A stretch of 13,672 nt of DNA from a virus: the UHGV virus genome UHGV-0140246. One strand, written 5' to 3'. Position numbers and translations under genes: made by a program. Numbering within the stretch: position 1 is the stretch's first letter; every line of letters starts with the position of its first letter. Shown in pieces: positions 1-7,094 of the stretch. The notes beneath the pieces were generated by a model. It ran no database searches. It worked only from the letters and a program-made list of their open reading frames with translations, and had not been told where the DNA came from.

Positions 1-1422
1 GTGAAATTATTCAGATTCTCTAAAGTAAAAATTGCAGAACTGCCAACGCCGGAACATGGACAAGTCGAATACGGTGATACGGAGGTTAACGGGTTGCGTG
101 TCCGTGTGGGTTCGTCAGGTGTGAAAAGTTTCTGCATTTCCCGTAAGCGTAACGGAAAATTTATTCGTGCAACGCTGGGGCGTTTTCCTGATCTGAGCGT
201 GGATAATGCCAGGGCTAAAGCTATGGAACTCCTTGGCGAAGTCGCCACAACGGGGAAAAACCCGAACATAGCGAAGCGCACGAACAACAAGGCCATGATA
301 ACGCTGAATGAGGCACTTGAAGCCTACATAAAAAATCGTGGCCACCGCCTGAAACCCACCACAGAAAAACAGTACCGCAGCATATTACAGAATTATTCCG
401 GTGACTGGATGGCCCATACCCTCGCCAGTATTTCCCGCGAACGTGTGGAACAGCGACATAAAGCCGTCACCGACGGGGCTGTATGGTTCGGTGCTGATAA
501 AACCACGCTACGGGCTGGTGTTGGTACGGGAAGCAAGGCACAGGCCGATTTATGGGCGCGTGCGCTGCGTGCTGTGTGTCGGTTTGCGCATGATCATTAC
601 CGTGATGATGCGGGTAATACTCTTTTACCGGATCCGCCGACTCTGGTACTGAGCACCAAGCGCCAGTGGCACGGAACGGTAAGAAAAACGGAACGTATCC
701 GCCTGCATGATTTTCCCCGCTGGTTTGCTGCTGTAGCTGCTGTACGCGAACAGGGCGAACAGGAAAGGGATGATATAGCGGTGACGGTATGCGATGCCGT
801 GGAAATGGCGCTTTTTACCGGACTGAGGAAATCAGAAATTTTTGGCCTTACGTGGGATCGCGTGAATATGGGCGGTCGTTTTTTCTGGATAGACACCACG
901 AAAAACGGGGATCCGCTCGAATTACCGATTACTGATACGTTGCGGGAAATGTTCCACCGCAGACTGAAAATAAAAAACGCTGATGATGTTCTGGTGTTCC
1001 CTGGTGTGAAGGGAGTGATTCAGGAAACACGGCACATCATAGACCGGATAAGCGCGGCTACTGTTTCTGATGATAATGATGAAATGCTCTCCCCTGTACC
1101 ATTCAAATGGCACGATGCGCGCCGGACGTTCGGGACGGTTGCCGAACTGGTGGGCGTGGGTAATTACATCCTCAAGCGCCTGATGAATCACCGCACTATG
1201 CGAAGTGCTGACGTAACGCAGGGGTATTTACATTTTGGTGCTGATGAACTGCTGGAGCCAGCATCACGGATAGAACGGGCAATTCTGGAAAATGCCGGGC
1301 TGGTGGAGAGTAAAAAATCTATCGATGCGCAATTGCTTTCTGTGCTGGAAAGCATGAGTGATGAAGAAAAACGGAAATTAATATTTTCTTTGATTCAAAA
1401 TGCAGAGGTGTCTAATAAATGA
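1..1422 (+). CDS. int: Tyrosine-type site-specific integrase (P4-like); the ORF begins with GTG at base 1, so the true start may lie upstream of the window
   Basis: 473-aa ORF; N-terminal arm-binding-like region (GLRVRVGSSGVKSFCISRKRNGKFIRATLGRFPDLSVDNARAKA); C-terminal catalytic region with WHDARRTF, MNHRTMRS and a candidate nucleophile Tyr in TQGYLHF; stop TGA 1420-1422. Confidence 0.85.
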   Translation: MKLFRFSKVKIAELPTPEHGQVEYGDTEVNGLRVRVGSSGVKSFCISRKRNGKFIRATLGRFPDLSVDNARAKAMELLGEVATTGKNPNIAKRTNNKAMITLNEALEAYIKNRGHRLKPTTEKQYRSILQNYSGDWMAHTLASISRERVEQRHKAVTDGAVWFGADKTTLRAGVGTGSKAQADLWARALRAVCRFAHDHYRDDAGNTLLPDPPTLVLSTKRQWHGTVRKTERIRLHDFPRWFAAVAAVREQGEQERDDIAVTVCDAVEMALFTGLRKSEIFGLTWDRVNMGGRFFWIDTTKNGDPLELPITDTLREMFHRRLKIKNADDVLVFPGVKGVIQETRHIIDRISAATVSDDNDEMLSPVPFKWHDARRTFGTVAELVGVGNYILKRLMNHRTMRSADVTQGYLHFGADELLEPASRIERAILENAGLVESKKSIDAQLLSVLESMSDEEKRKLIFSLIQNAEVSNK

Positions 1423-2219
1423 AATTTATCCCAGCAGATGAAGCCATTGATATGATGTTATCAAAAATGAACCATGAGGAAAAATTGGATTATTTAAAGG
1501 CAGCATGGGATTATGATTATAAAAAAATGAATGGGATACATTCTAAGTATGGTCTTTCATTTCCAATTCCTATCAGTGAATTAATGAGTGATGATGAGGC
1601 TAAAGAACTTGCTGGCGAAATGCTAAAATCACCAGTAACTGATGATGATATTATTTCTTCGATGTTGAATGAATTTGTTCCAGAAAGAAAAAGTAAGGTT
1701 TCTTTAGACGATTCTGTATCAATATTAAATGAGTTGCATCGGCTTGATTCTAATTTTAATAGTTTCAATGCCGCTAATCATTACCTTTCAGTATCATTGG
1801 GCGATGATGCTTTTACGGTGCTTAAGGCGTATTTATGTGCAGATGTTGCAGGCTGCGATAATCTTAAGAGTGATTTAATTAAGTTATATACTAAAATAAT
1901 TGTTAACTCATATCACGCTAAAGCATCTTCAATTGTTAGTAAGTCAAAAATCATCAGTGAAGACCGAAGTAAAGCAAAGAAAGGAAAAACAAACAGGCAT
2001 CAATCAACTGCGTTGGCTATAGCTGGTAGCACTTGGGAAAAATACCCTAATGCTAGTTTACCTGGGCTATCAGCAGAGATATACGCGCACTTACGCAATA
2101 AATGGAATGATGTCCCTGTAGTTGGGACTATAGAGAGATGGCTTAAGGAGTCGGGAATGAATCCAAAATCCCCGCAAAAAAATAGGGACTTTAAGTTAGT
2201 TATTGGAGACGAAGAATAA
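1419..2219 (+). CDS. Hypothetical protein, AT-rich cargo gene (266 aa), function unknown
   Basis: Long ORF whose ATG overlaps the int stop (ATGA at 1419-1422); I counted 20 G+C in its first 60 nt (about 33%), clearly below the GC-richer flanking genes; I recognise no motif in the translation. Confidence 0.6.
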   Translation: MKFIPADEAIDMMLSKMNHEEKLDYLKAAWDYDYKKMNGIHSKYGLSFPIPISELMSDDEAKELAGEMLKSPVTDDDIISSMLNEFVPERKSKVSLDDSVSILNELHRLDSNFNSFNAANHYLSVSLGDDAFTVLKAYLCADVAGCDNLKSDLIKLYTKIIVNSYHAKASSIVSKSKIISEDRSKAKKGKTNRHQSTALAIAGSTWEKYPNASLPGLSAEIYAHLRNKWNDVPVVGTIERWLKESGMNPKSPQKNRDFKLVIGDEE

Positions 2220-2258
2220 ATCCAGTTTTATCCCCTGTAATCCAGATTTCAGTCAGGT

Positions 2259-2288
2259 AAACCAGATATGAGATTTTGTATCTGGTTT
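2259..2288. promoter_or_regulatory. Perfect 10-bp inverted repeat AAACCAGATA-N10-TATCTGGTTT; candidate operator, or weak terminator of the upstream gene
   Basis: Read directly from sequence; a related half-site, TCCAGAT, sits at 2241-2247; followed by TTTT at 2286-2289; lies in the intergenic region between the cargo gene and the HTH genes. Confidence 0.4.
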
Positions 2289-2360
2289 TCCTATCTTCAA
2301 GACTTCCCCATCGCTAAATAACGTATACCTGTTCTTAATCAGAAGTATACGGTGATACTC

Positions 2361-2549
2361 ATGCATTTAGAAAAGATGACCCGCAAAGAAGCTGCTGAGC
2401 ATTTGGGGGTAAGTGTCCAGACGCTGGCGAATTGGGCCTGTACTGGCAAGGTAAAAATCCCTTTTCATAAGCTGGGGCGCAAAGTGCTGTATATGCGCTC
2501 TGATCTCGATGCTTATCTTGCATCCACTCGCAGAACGCAGACGGTGTAA
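2361..2549 (+). CDS. Small helix-turn-helix DNA-binding protein, excisionase/Xis-like; start uncertain (GTG 2352, ATG 2361 or ATG 2376)
   Basis: ORF translation contains MTRKEAAEHLGVSVQTLANWACTGKVKIPFHKLGRKVLYMRSDLDAYL, the pattern I associate with excisionase-type winged HTH proteins. Confidence 0.6.
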   Translation: MHLEKMTRKEAAEHLGVSVQTLANWACTGKVKIPFHKLGRKVLYMRSDLDAYLASTRRTQTV

Positions 2550-2559
2550 GGGGGGAGTG

Positions 2560-2763
2560 ATGGCTCAATTTGACCGCATAATCCGTGAGGCTGAATGCAG
2601 TAAGTTAACCGGGGTTAGCCGTACCACTCGCTATGAACTGGAGAAAAAAGGGAGCTTTCCGTCTCGCCGTAATCTTGGTGGGCGTTCTGTAGGTTGGTTG
2701 CTTTCCGAAGTTATGGACTGGGTGCAAAACCGTGACCGAGTTAATTCAGGTAAGGCAGCATAG
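2560..2763 (+). CDS. alpA: AlpA-family phage transcriptional regulator
   Basis: Internal ATG at 2560 preceded by GGGGGAG Shine-Dalgarno; translation MAQFDRIIREAECSKLTGVSRTTRYELEKKGSFPSRRNLGGRSVGWLLSEVMDWV fits the AlpA pattern (LTG-SR-T-Y, G-FP, GGRSV-W, EV-W). Confidence 0.7.
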   Translation: MAQFDRIIREAECSKLTGVSRTTRYELEKKGSFPSRRNLGGRSVGWLLSEVMDWVQNRDRVNSGKAA

Positions 2764-2776
2764 GGGGAGTGATGGC

Positions 2777-2808
2777 ACATAAAACAAAGGCGACCGGGGG
2801 CGGTCGCC
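2777..2808 (-). terminator. Candidate rho-independent terminator for the leftward (minus-strand) transcript
   Basis: Perfect 8-bp GC-rich stem GGCGACCG/CGGTCGCC with a 4-nt loop at 2789-2808; on the minus strand it is followed by TTTGTTTTAT (complement of 2779-2788). Confidence 0.45.
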
Positions 2809-2902
2809 AATGGATACACACTAAACTTGAACGCATCACCAACAATGCCACATTTGCGGCTGGTGGGCAATGTGATCAGTGTGCTGGCTTGCTGGTTGGC
2901 TG

Positions 2903-3085
2903 TCAGCCTTTGGGTTCTATGCCTTCTTTGCGTAGCTTATCACGACAAGCATTTTTTACCCATGAGCTGAAATTACCAGGCCCTGCAACTTCGTTAATTT
3001 GTTGCAACAATGTGTCTTCGAAGCGGATGTTTTTCTTTGTGCTGCCGGAGCGATCAAATTTTGGTTTCACATTTTCTTCTTGCAT
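2903..3085 (-). CDS. Small divergently transcribed DNA-binding-like protein (possible ribbon-helix-helix fold); candidate repressor
   Basis: 60-aa minus-strand ORF MQEENVKPKFDRSGSTKKNIRFEDTLLQQINEVAGPGNFSSWVKNACRDKLRKEG; predicted strand-helix-helix arrangement is my inference; its start codon abuts the palindromic operators. Confidence 0.5.
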   Translation of the reverse strand: MQEENVKPKFDRSGSTKKNIRFEDTLLQQINEVAGPGNFSSWVKNACRDKLRKEGIEPKG

Positions 3086-3107
3086 TGGTACGTACCATCG
3101 TTATAAA
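3080..3107 (+). promoter_or_regulatory. Candidate sigma70 promoter for the rightward icd-to-primase operon
   Basis: -35-like TTGCAT (3080-3085), 16-bp spacer, -10-like TATAAA (3102-3107); the spacer is occupied by operator copy 1; the -35 match is weak. Confidence 0.35.
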
Positions 3108-3130
3108 CTGAAATCAAATGGTACGTACCA
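3086..3130. promoter_or_regulatory. Two copies of a perfect 12-bp palindrome TGGTACGTACCA (3086-3097 and 3119-3130), centre-to-centre 33 bp; candidate paired operators
   Basis: Read directly; each copy is its own reverse complement; located between the divergent minus-strand gene and the icd-like gene. Confidence 0.65.
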
Positions 3131-3160
3131 CATTAAAAATACGCAACCATTAAATACAGC

Positions 3161-3195
3161 GAAGCCCGGCAGTGCGGGAACACTAACCGGGCTTC
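3161..3195. other. Perfect 9-bp inverted repeat GAAGCCCGG-N17-CCGGGCTTC in the leader upstream of the icd-like gene; candidate RNA stem-loop or protein-binding site
   Basis: Read directly from sequence; no U-tract follows on the + strand. Confidence 0.4.
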
Positions 3196-3230
3196 TAACC
3201 ACCAACGATAGAAAGCGTATCGAGGTAGCT

Positions 3231-3434
3231 ATGTTAAATCATACCACACACCCGCAAGGGCGGGACTCGCACAACCTGAATAAATACATCTGGCGTTTTA
3301 TCGCCCTGAGCACGGCACAACCGCGCGTGATTACCATTGAGGCCACCAGCGAACAGGAAGCACGCCAGCAATCCCCGGCTGGCTGCGTGATGGTATTCGC
3401 CGCCCGTATTCGTCAGGGGGTGTGCCATGCCTGA
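3231..3434 (+). CDS. Icd-like small protein (host cell division inhibitor-like, as found in P4-type elements); assignment from memory
   Basis: Internal ATG at 3231 of the 2769-3434 ORF, preceded by GAGG at 3222-3225; translation MLNHTTHPQGRDSHNLNKYIWRFIALSTAQPRVITIEATSEQEARQQSPAGCVMVFAARIRQ. Confidence 0.5.
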   Translation: MLNHTTHPQGRDSHNLNKYIWRFIALSTAQPRVITIEATSEQEARQQSPAGCVMVFAARIRQGVCHA

Positions 3435-3747
3435 TATGTCAAATTACCAGTACCTGATTAATCCGCATTTTAACTGTGAGCATGATATTGCTAAAAAGGT
3501 TTATTCCGCTGCGGATGGGGCTACTGACAATATATCAATGGCTGTTGCGTCAATTGGTAGCCTGATGTGGCATGCGTCAGAAAATGAGGACTATGACGAA
3601 AAGGCCATGCGCATTGATATGGGTAATATTGGTTTGTTACTGGCAATGCTTGGACATTTTGATATTTCGTTACGGTGCACCATTGAAAATGCCACAGATG
3701 CATTAAATGCTATAAAGAAAGCGAATACTGATTCAAATCGGGGATAA
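3427..3747 (+). CDS. Hypothetical protein (106 aa)
   Basis: ORF overlaps the icd-like stop (ATGCCTGA); AGGGGG Shine-Dalgarno 7 nt upstream; lower GC than neighbours by eye. Confidence 0.55.
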   Translation: MPDMSNYQYLINPHFNCEHDIAKKVYSAADGATDNISMAVASIGSLMWHASENEDYDEKAMRIDMGNIGLLLAMLGHFDISLRCTIENATDALNAIKKANTDSNRG

Positions 3748-3753
3748 ATAATC

Positions 3754-4053
3754 ATGAGAACATATTTATCTGGCTTGACTGCCAGCGGTTATGCACACCC
3801 CAAAATTATCCCCGGCGCTATTTATCTGGATAAGAACGGTAACAGAGTAACGGTAAAAGAACTGATGTTTGACCGTGTGTATTTTATTCGTGATGGCTAT
3901 TCATTTCATAGTTCGCTGAACGTGGAGATCTTTATTAGCAGATTCAGGCGGGAAATCCCGCTTTCCAGAAAAAACCATGTGTCACGTGTGAATGTGGATA
4001 AAAAACTACAGGAACTGAAAAACATGATTGCCGCGTGGAGAGAGCAGAAATGA
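3754..4053 (+). CDS. Hypothetical protein (99 aa)
   Basis: ORF whose stop overlaps the start of the primase gene (ATGA at 4050-4053). Confidence 0.55.
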   Translation: MRTYLSGLTASGYAHPKIIPGAIYLDKNGNRVTVKELMFDRVYFIRDGYSFHSSLNVEIFISRFRREIPLSRKNHVSRVNVDKKLQELKNMIAAWREQK

Positions 4054-5867
4054 AAAAAGCGCCAAATTTAAAACACCAGCCGCGTGACAAAATGACGGAA
4101 GTCATCATTTTTGCGGGTAGTGATGCGTGGGCACATGCGAAGCAGTGGCAGGAACAGGACGGGCGACTGGCTGGCGATAACGTGCCTCCTGTCTGGCTTG
4201 GAGAGCAACAACTTGCCGAACTGGACAACCTGCAAATCGTACCGGACGGACGCTATCGCGTGCGTCTCTATCAGGCGGGGTTATTGCGTCCGGGGCTTGT
4301 TAATACCATCGGGCAGAAACTGGCAGCGGCAGGTGTCAGGGATGCTGATTATTACCCTGAAGGAATGCACAGCCAGAAACGGGAGAACTGGCGCGAATAT
4401 CTGGAACGTGAGCGGGGAGAGCTGGCGGAAAAGAAAAAGGTAGTTGAACTGCCTGTAAAGAAAAAAGAGCGGGTAAAAGACGATAACGCTTCATCACTGG
4501 CGCTTAACCAGATGGGAGCAAGTCAACGCGGCGAAGTTCTCCTGGCACATTATGGCGGTGAACTGGCGATTCATGCCGACTCTGACACTGTTCACCATTA
4601 CAACGGCGTTGTATGGGAGCCGGTTCAGGATAAAGAGTTACAGCGTGCTATGGCGCAGATTTTCATTGATGCGGAGATCAGCTATTCGCAGAACGCCATT
4701 AAATCGGCGGTCGATACCATGAAGTTAAGTTTGCCTGTAATGGGGAATACAGCCCGTAACCTGATTGGATTCAGTAACGGGGTATTTGATACCAGAACAG
4801 GTAATTTTCGGGAGCATAACAAAAACGACTGGTTGTTAATTGCCAGTGAATTACCTTTCAGCCCACCAGCAGAGGGGGAAACGCTGGCAACACATGCGCC
4901 GAATTTCTGGAAGTGGTTACGCCGTTCGGTGGCTGAGAATGACCGCAAGGCGGATCGCGTACTGGCTGCATTATTCATGGTGCTGGCGAACCGGTACGAC
5001 TGGCAGTTATTCATTGAGGTAACAGGTCCAGGGGGAAGTGGTAAAAGCGTGATGGCGGAGATTTGCACCATGCTGGCGGGTAAGGCCAACACAGTATCGG
5101 CAAGCATGAAGGCGCTGGAAGATGCAAGGGAACGCGCGTTAGTGGTTGGCTTTTCGCTGATTATCATGCCGGATATGACCCGCTACGCTGGTGATGGGGC
5201 AGGGATTAAGGCTATTACAGGCGGTGACAAGGTGGCAATTGACCCGAAACACAAAGCCCCCTACTCAACGCGTATTCCGGCAGTAGTGCTGGCGGTTAAC
5301 AATAACGCCATGTCATTCAGTGACCGCAGTGGGGGGATCTCACGTCGTCGGGTGATATTCAATTTTTCGGAAGTTGTACCGGAGAACGAACGTGATCCAA
5401 TGCTGGCGGAAAAAATAGAAGGTGAGCTGGCGGTAGTGATTCGCCATCTGCTTACACGGTTTGCTGACCAGGACGAAGCCAGACGCCTGTTATATGAGCA
5501 GCAGAAATCTGAAGAAGCACTGGCGATAAAGCGAGAGGGGGATTCGCTGGTGGACTTCTGCGGCTATCTCATGGCGTCGGTAATGTGTGATGGCCTGTTA
5601 GTGGGTAATGCTGAAATTGTGCCATTCAGCCCACGCAGGTATCTCTATCATGCCTATCTGGCTTATATGAGGGCACATGGGTTTGGTAAACCTGTAACAC
5701 TGACGCGCTTCGGTAAAGATATGCCGGGGGCAATGGCGGAATATGGCAGGGAGTATATGAAACGGAAAACGAAGCACGGTTTGCGTTCAAACGTGACACT
5801 GACGGAGGAATCAGAAGACTGGATGCCATCATGTGTATCGGTCACTAATGACGATAGCAAAAATTAA
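4050..5867 (+). CDS. Primase/helicase replication protein (P4 alpha-like, P-loop NTPase); start probably ATG 4050 rather than GTG 4035
   Basis: About 605-aa ORF; Walker A motif TGPGGSGKS in the central region; GGAGAG Shine-Dalgarno before ATG 4050; an iteron cluster lies immediately downstream. Confidence 0.7.
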   Translation: MKKAPNLKHQPRDKMTEVIIFAGSDAWAHAKQWQEQDGRLAGDNVPPVWLGEQQLAELDNLQIVPDGRYRVRLYQAGLLRPGLVNTIGQKLAAAGVRDADYYPEGMHSQKRENWREYLERERGELAEKKKVVELPVKKKERVKDDNASSLALNQMGASQRGEVLLAHYGGELAIHADSDTVHHYNGVVWEPVQDKELQRAMAQIFIDAEISYSQNAIKSAVDTMKLSLPVMGNTARNLIGFSNGVFDTRTGNFREHNKNDWLLIASELPFSPPAEGETLATHAPNFWKWLRRSVAENDRKADRVLAALFMVLANRYDWQLFIEVTGPGGSGKSVMAEICTMLAGKANTVSASMKALEDARERALVVGFSLIIMPDMTRYAGDGAGIKAITGGDKVAIDPKHKAPYSTRIPAVVLAVNNNAMSFSDRSGGISRRRVIFNFSEVVPENERDPMLAEKIEGELAVVIRHLLTRFADQDEARRLLYEQQKSEEALAIKREGDSLVDFCGYLMASVMCDGLLVGNAEIVPFSPRRYLYHAYLAYMRAHGFGKPVTLTRFGKDMPGAMAEYGREYMKRKTKHGLRSNVTLTEESEDWMPSCVSVTNDDSKN

Positions 5868-5878
5868 ACTTATGGAAT

Positions 5879-6111
5879 AACTGTTCACCACTGTTCACCC
5901 TGTCATAAATATCTTTTGTATCAGTATGTTATAGGGTGAACAGTTATTTATGAACTGTTCACCAAACTATTCACTGTTCACCTTTTTGATTGTTTATTGA
6001 GCTTCAAGGGTGAACAGTGGTGAACAGTTGGTGAATAGTTTTTGTGAAACTGTTCACCCCTTAACATTATGAATTAAAAGATAAAATATCAAAAGGTGAA
6101 CAGGTGAAGGG
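5879..6111. repeat. Iteron cluster, candidate origin of replication: about 11 copies of TGTTCACC / GGTGAACA in both orientations within an AT-rich intergenic region
   Basis: Forward copies at 5882-5889, 5892-5899, 5956-5963, 5975-5982, 6051-6058; reverse copies at 5935-5942, 6009-6016, 6019-6026, 6095-6102; degenerate copies at 6030-6037 and 6104-6111. Confidence 0.75.
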
Positions 6112-6154
6112 TTAAAACGCAAAAATTTTAATTTACTGCTGTGAGATAAAGCCT

Positions 6155-6400
6155 ATGACAGCGAAGCACACAAAAAAATCACAATCGCACGCCCTTGATT
6201 TGACGGAACACTGGTTAAGGGTGTCGATAAAAATCATCGACCGCAACGCCGGGGAAGGATATGCGAAAGCACATCCCGAACTGATTAGCTCATTCATGAC
6301 AACGGCAGCTGCAAACTTTGCCACGCTGACAGAACGGGAGATTGCCGAAGCGGAACAGGTGACAACCATCAACGTTAAAACCGGAGAGCAGACAGCATGA
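6155..6400 (+). CDS. Hypothetical protein (81 aa)
   Basis: ORF co-oriented with the operon; its stop overlaps the SSB start (ATGA at 6397-6400); weak ribosome-binding site. Confidence 0.45.
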   Translation: MTAKHTKKSQSHALDLTEHWLRVSIKIIDRNAGEGYAKAHPELISSFMTTAAANFATLTEREIAEAEQVTTINVKTGEQTA

Positions 6401-6819
6401 CAGCACAGATAGCAGCTTACGGGCGGCTGGTGGCTGACCCGCAGTTAAAGACCACCAGCAAGGGCACACAAATGGCTATGGCAAGCATGGCGGTCCACCT
6501 GCCGTGCAATCAGGCAGATGACGGACAGGCGACGATGTGGTTATCCGTCCTGGCGTTTGGCAGACAGGCCGACGCACTGGCAAAACACCACAAAGGCGAG
6601 CTGGTGAGCGTGGCGGGTAACATGCAGGTAAGCCAGTGGACAGGCCAGAACGGGGAAACGCGGCAGGGCTGGCAGGTTATCGCAGACAGCGTAATCAGTG
6701 CCAGAACGGCGCGACCTGGTGGCAAAAAAGGCCAGCAGGGTCAGGCTACTGACGCTCTAAATAGGGCTAAGCAACAGGCGGGGAATGATGATCCATACGG
6801 GGATAACATACCCTTTTAG
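6397..6819 (+). CDS. Single-stranded DNA-binding protein-like (SSB-like)
   Basis: 140-aa ORF; N-terminus MTAQIAAYGRLVADPQLKTTSKG resembles the start of an SSB OB-fold; Gly/Gln-rich linker; C-terminus DDPYGDNIPF resembles the acidic SSB tail ending in IPF. Confidence 0.65.
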   Translation: MTAQIAAYGRLVADPQLKTTSKGTQMAMASMAVHLPCNQADDGQATMWLSVLAFGRQADALAKHHKGELVSVAGNMQVSQWTGQNGETRQGWQVIADSVISARTARPGGKKGQQGQATDALNRAKQQAGNDDPYGDNIPF

Positions 6820-6836
6820 CGATAACAGGGGGATAC

Positions 6837-7085
6837 ATGCCAGTGACATTTGAAGAAGTTCAGCAACATAAAAAGTTTCATGGTATTGATGATCTGGAAA
6901 CCACGACAGCAAAAAAATATCGCCGTCTGCTTTCTTCCGATGCGTTATTTGTTGTGGATCATCATGATTTTCTGCGCAGCTCACTGACCGGGGAAATTTT
7001 CGCAACCAACCGTGAGCAGGTGGAAGCGATGATCGAATATTTGTGGAAAATAAGGCGCAGAATGCGCGATCCCGTGAAACAGTAA
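6837..7085 (+). CDS. Hypothetical protein (82 aa)
   Basis: ORF preceded by GGGGGA Shine-Dalgarno; followed 10 nt later by a strong terminator. Confidence 0.5.
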   Translation: MPVTFEEVQQHKKFHGIDDLETTTAKKYRRLLSSDALFVVDHHDFLRSSLTGEIFATNREQVEAMIEYLWKIRRRMRDPVKQ

Positions 7086-7094
7086 AGCGATAAA

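Noticed and set aside
1-60. attL or a tRNA/tmRNA integration target at the left edge
   Set aside because: The integrase ORF is already open at base 1, so any att site or tRNA lies upstream of the window and cannot be assessed here.
2769-3434. 221-aa plus-strand ORF spanning the alpA stop to the icd-like stop
   Set aside because: Only the last 67 codons (from ATG 3231, with its own Shine-Dalgarno) look like a protein. The N-terminal part is Cys/Gly-rich, runs antisense through the more protein-like minus-strand gene 2903-3085 and through the operator/promoter region. Treated as an open frame by chance.
4035-4049. GTG 4035 as the primase start
   Set aside because: ATG 4050 has a GGAGAG Shine-Dalgarno at appropriate spacing and forms an ATGA overlap with the upstream stop; GTG 4035 would leave the ribosome-binding site inside the coding region.
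5879-6111. Possible CRISPR array, because of the many short repeats
   Set aside because: The repeats are only 8-11 bp, occur in both orientations with irregular spacing, and have no unique spacers of constant length. The pattern is that of replication-origin iterons.
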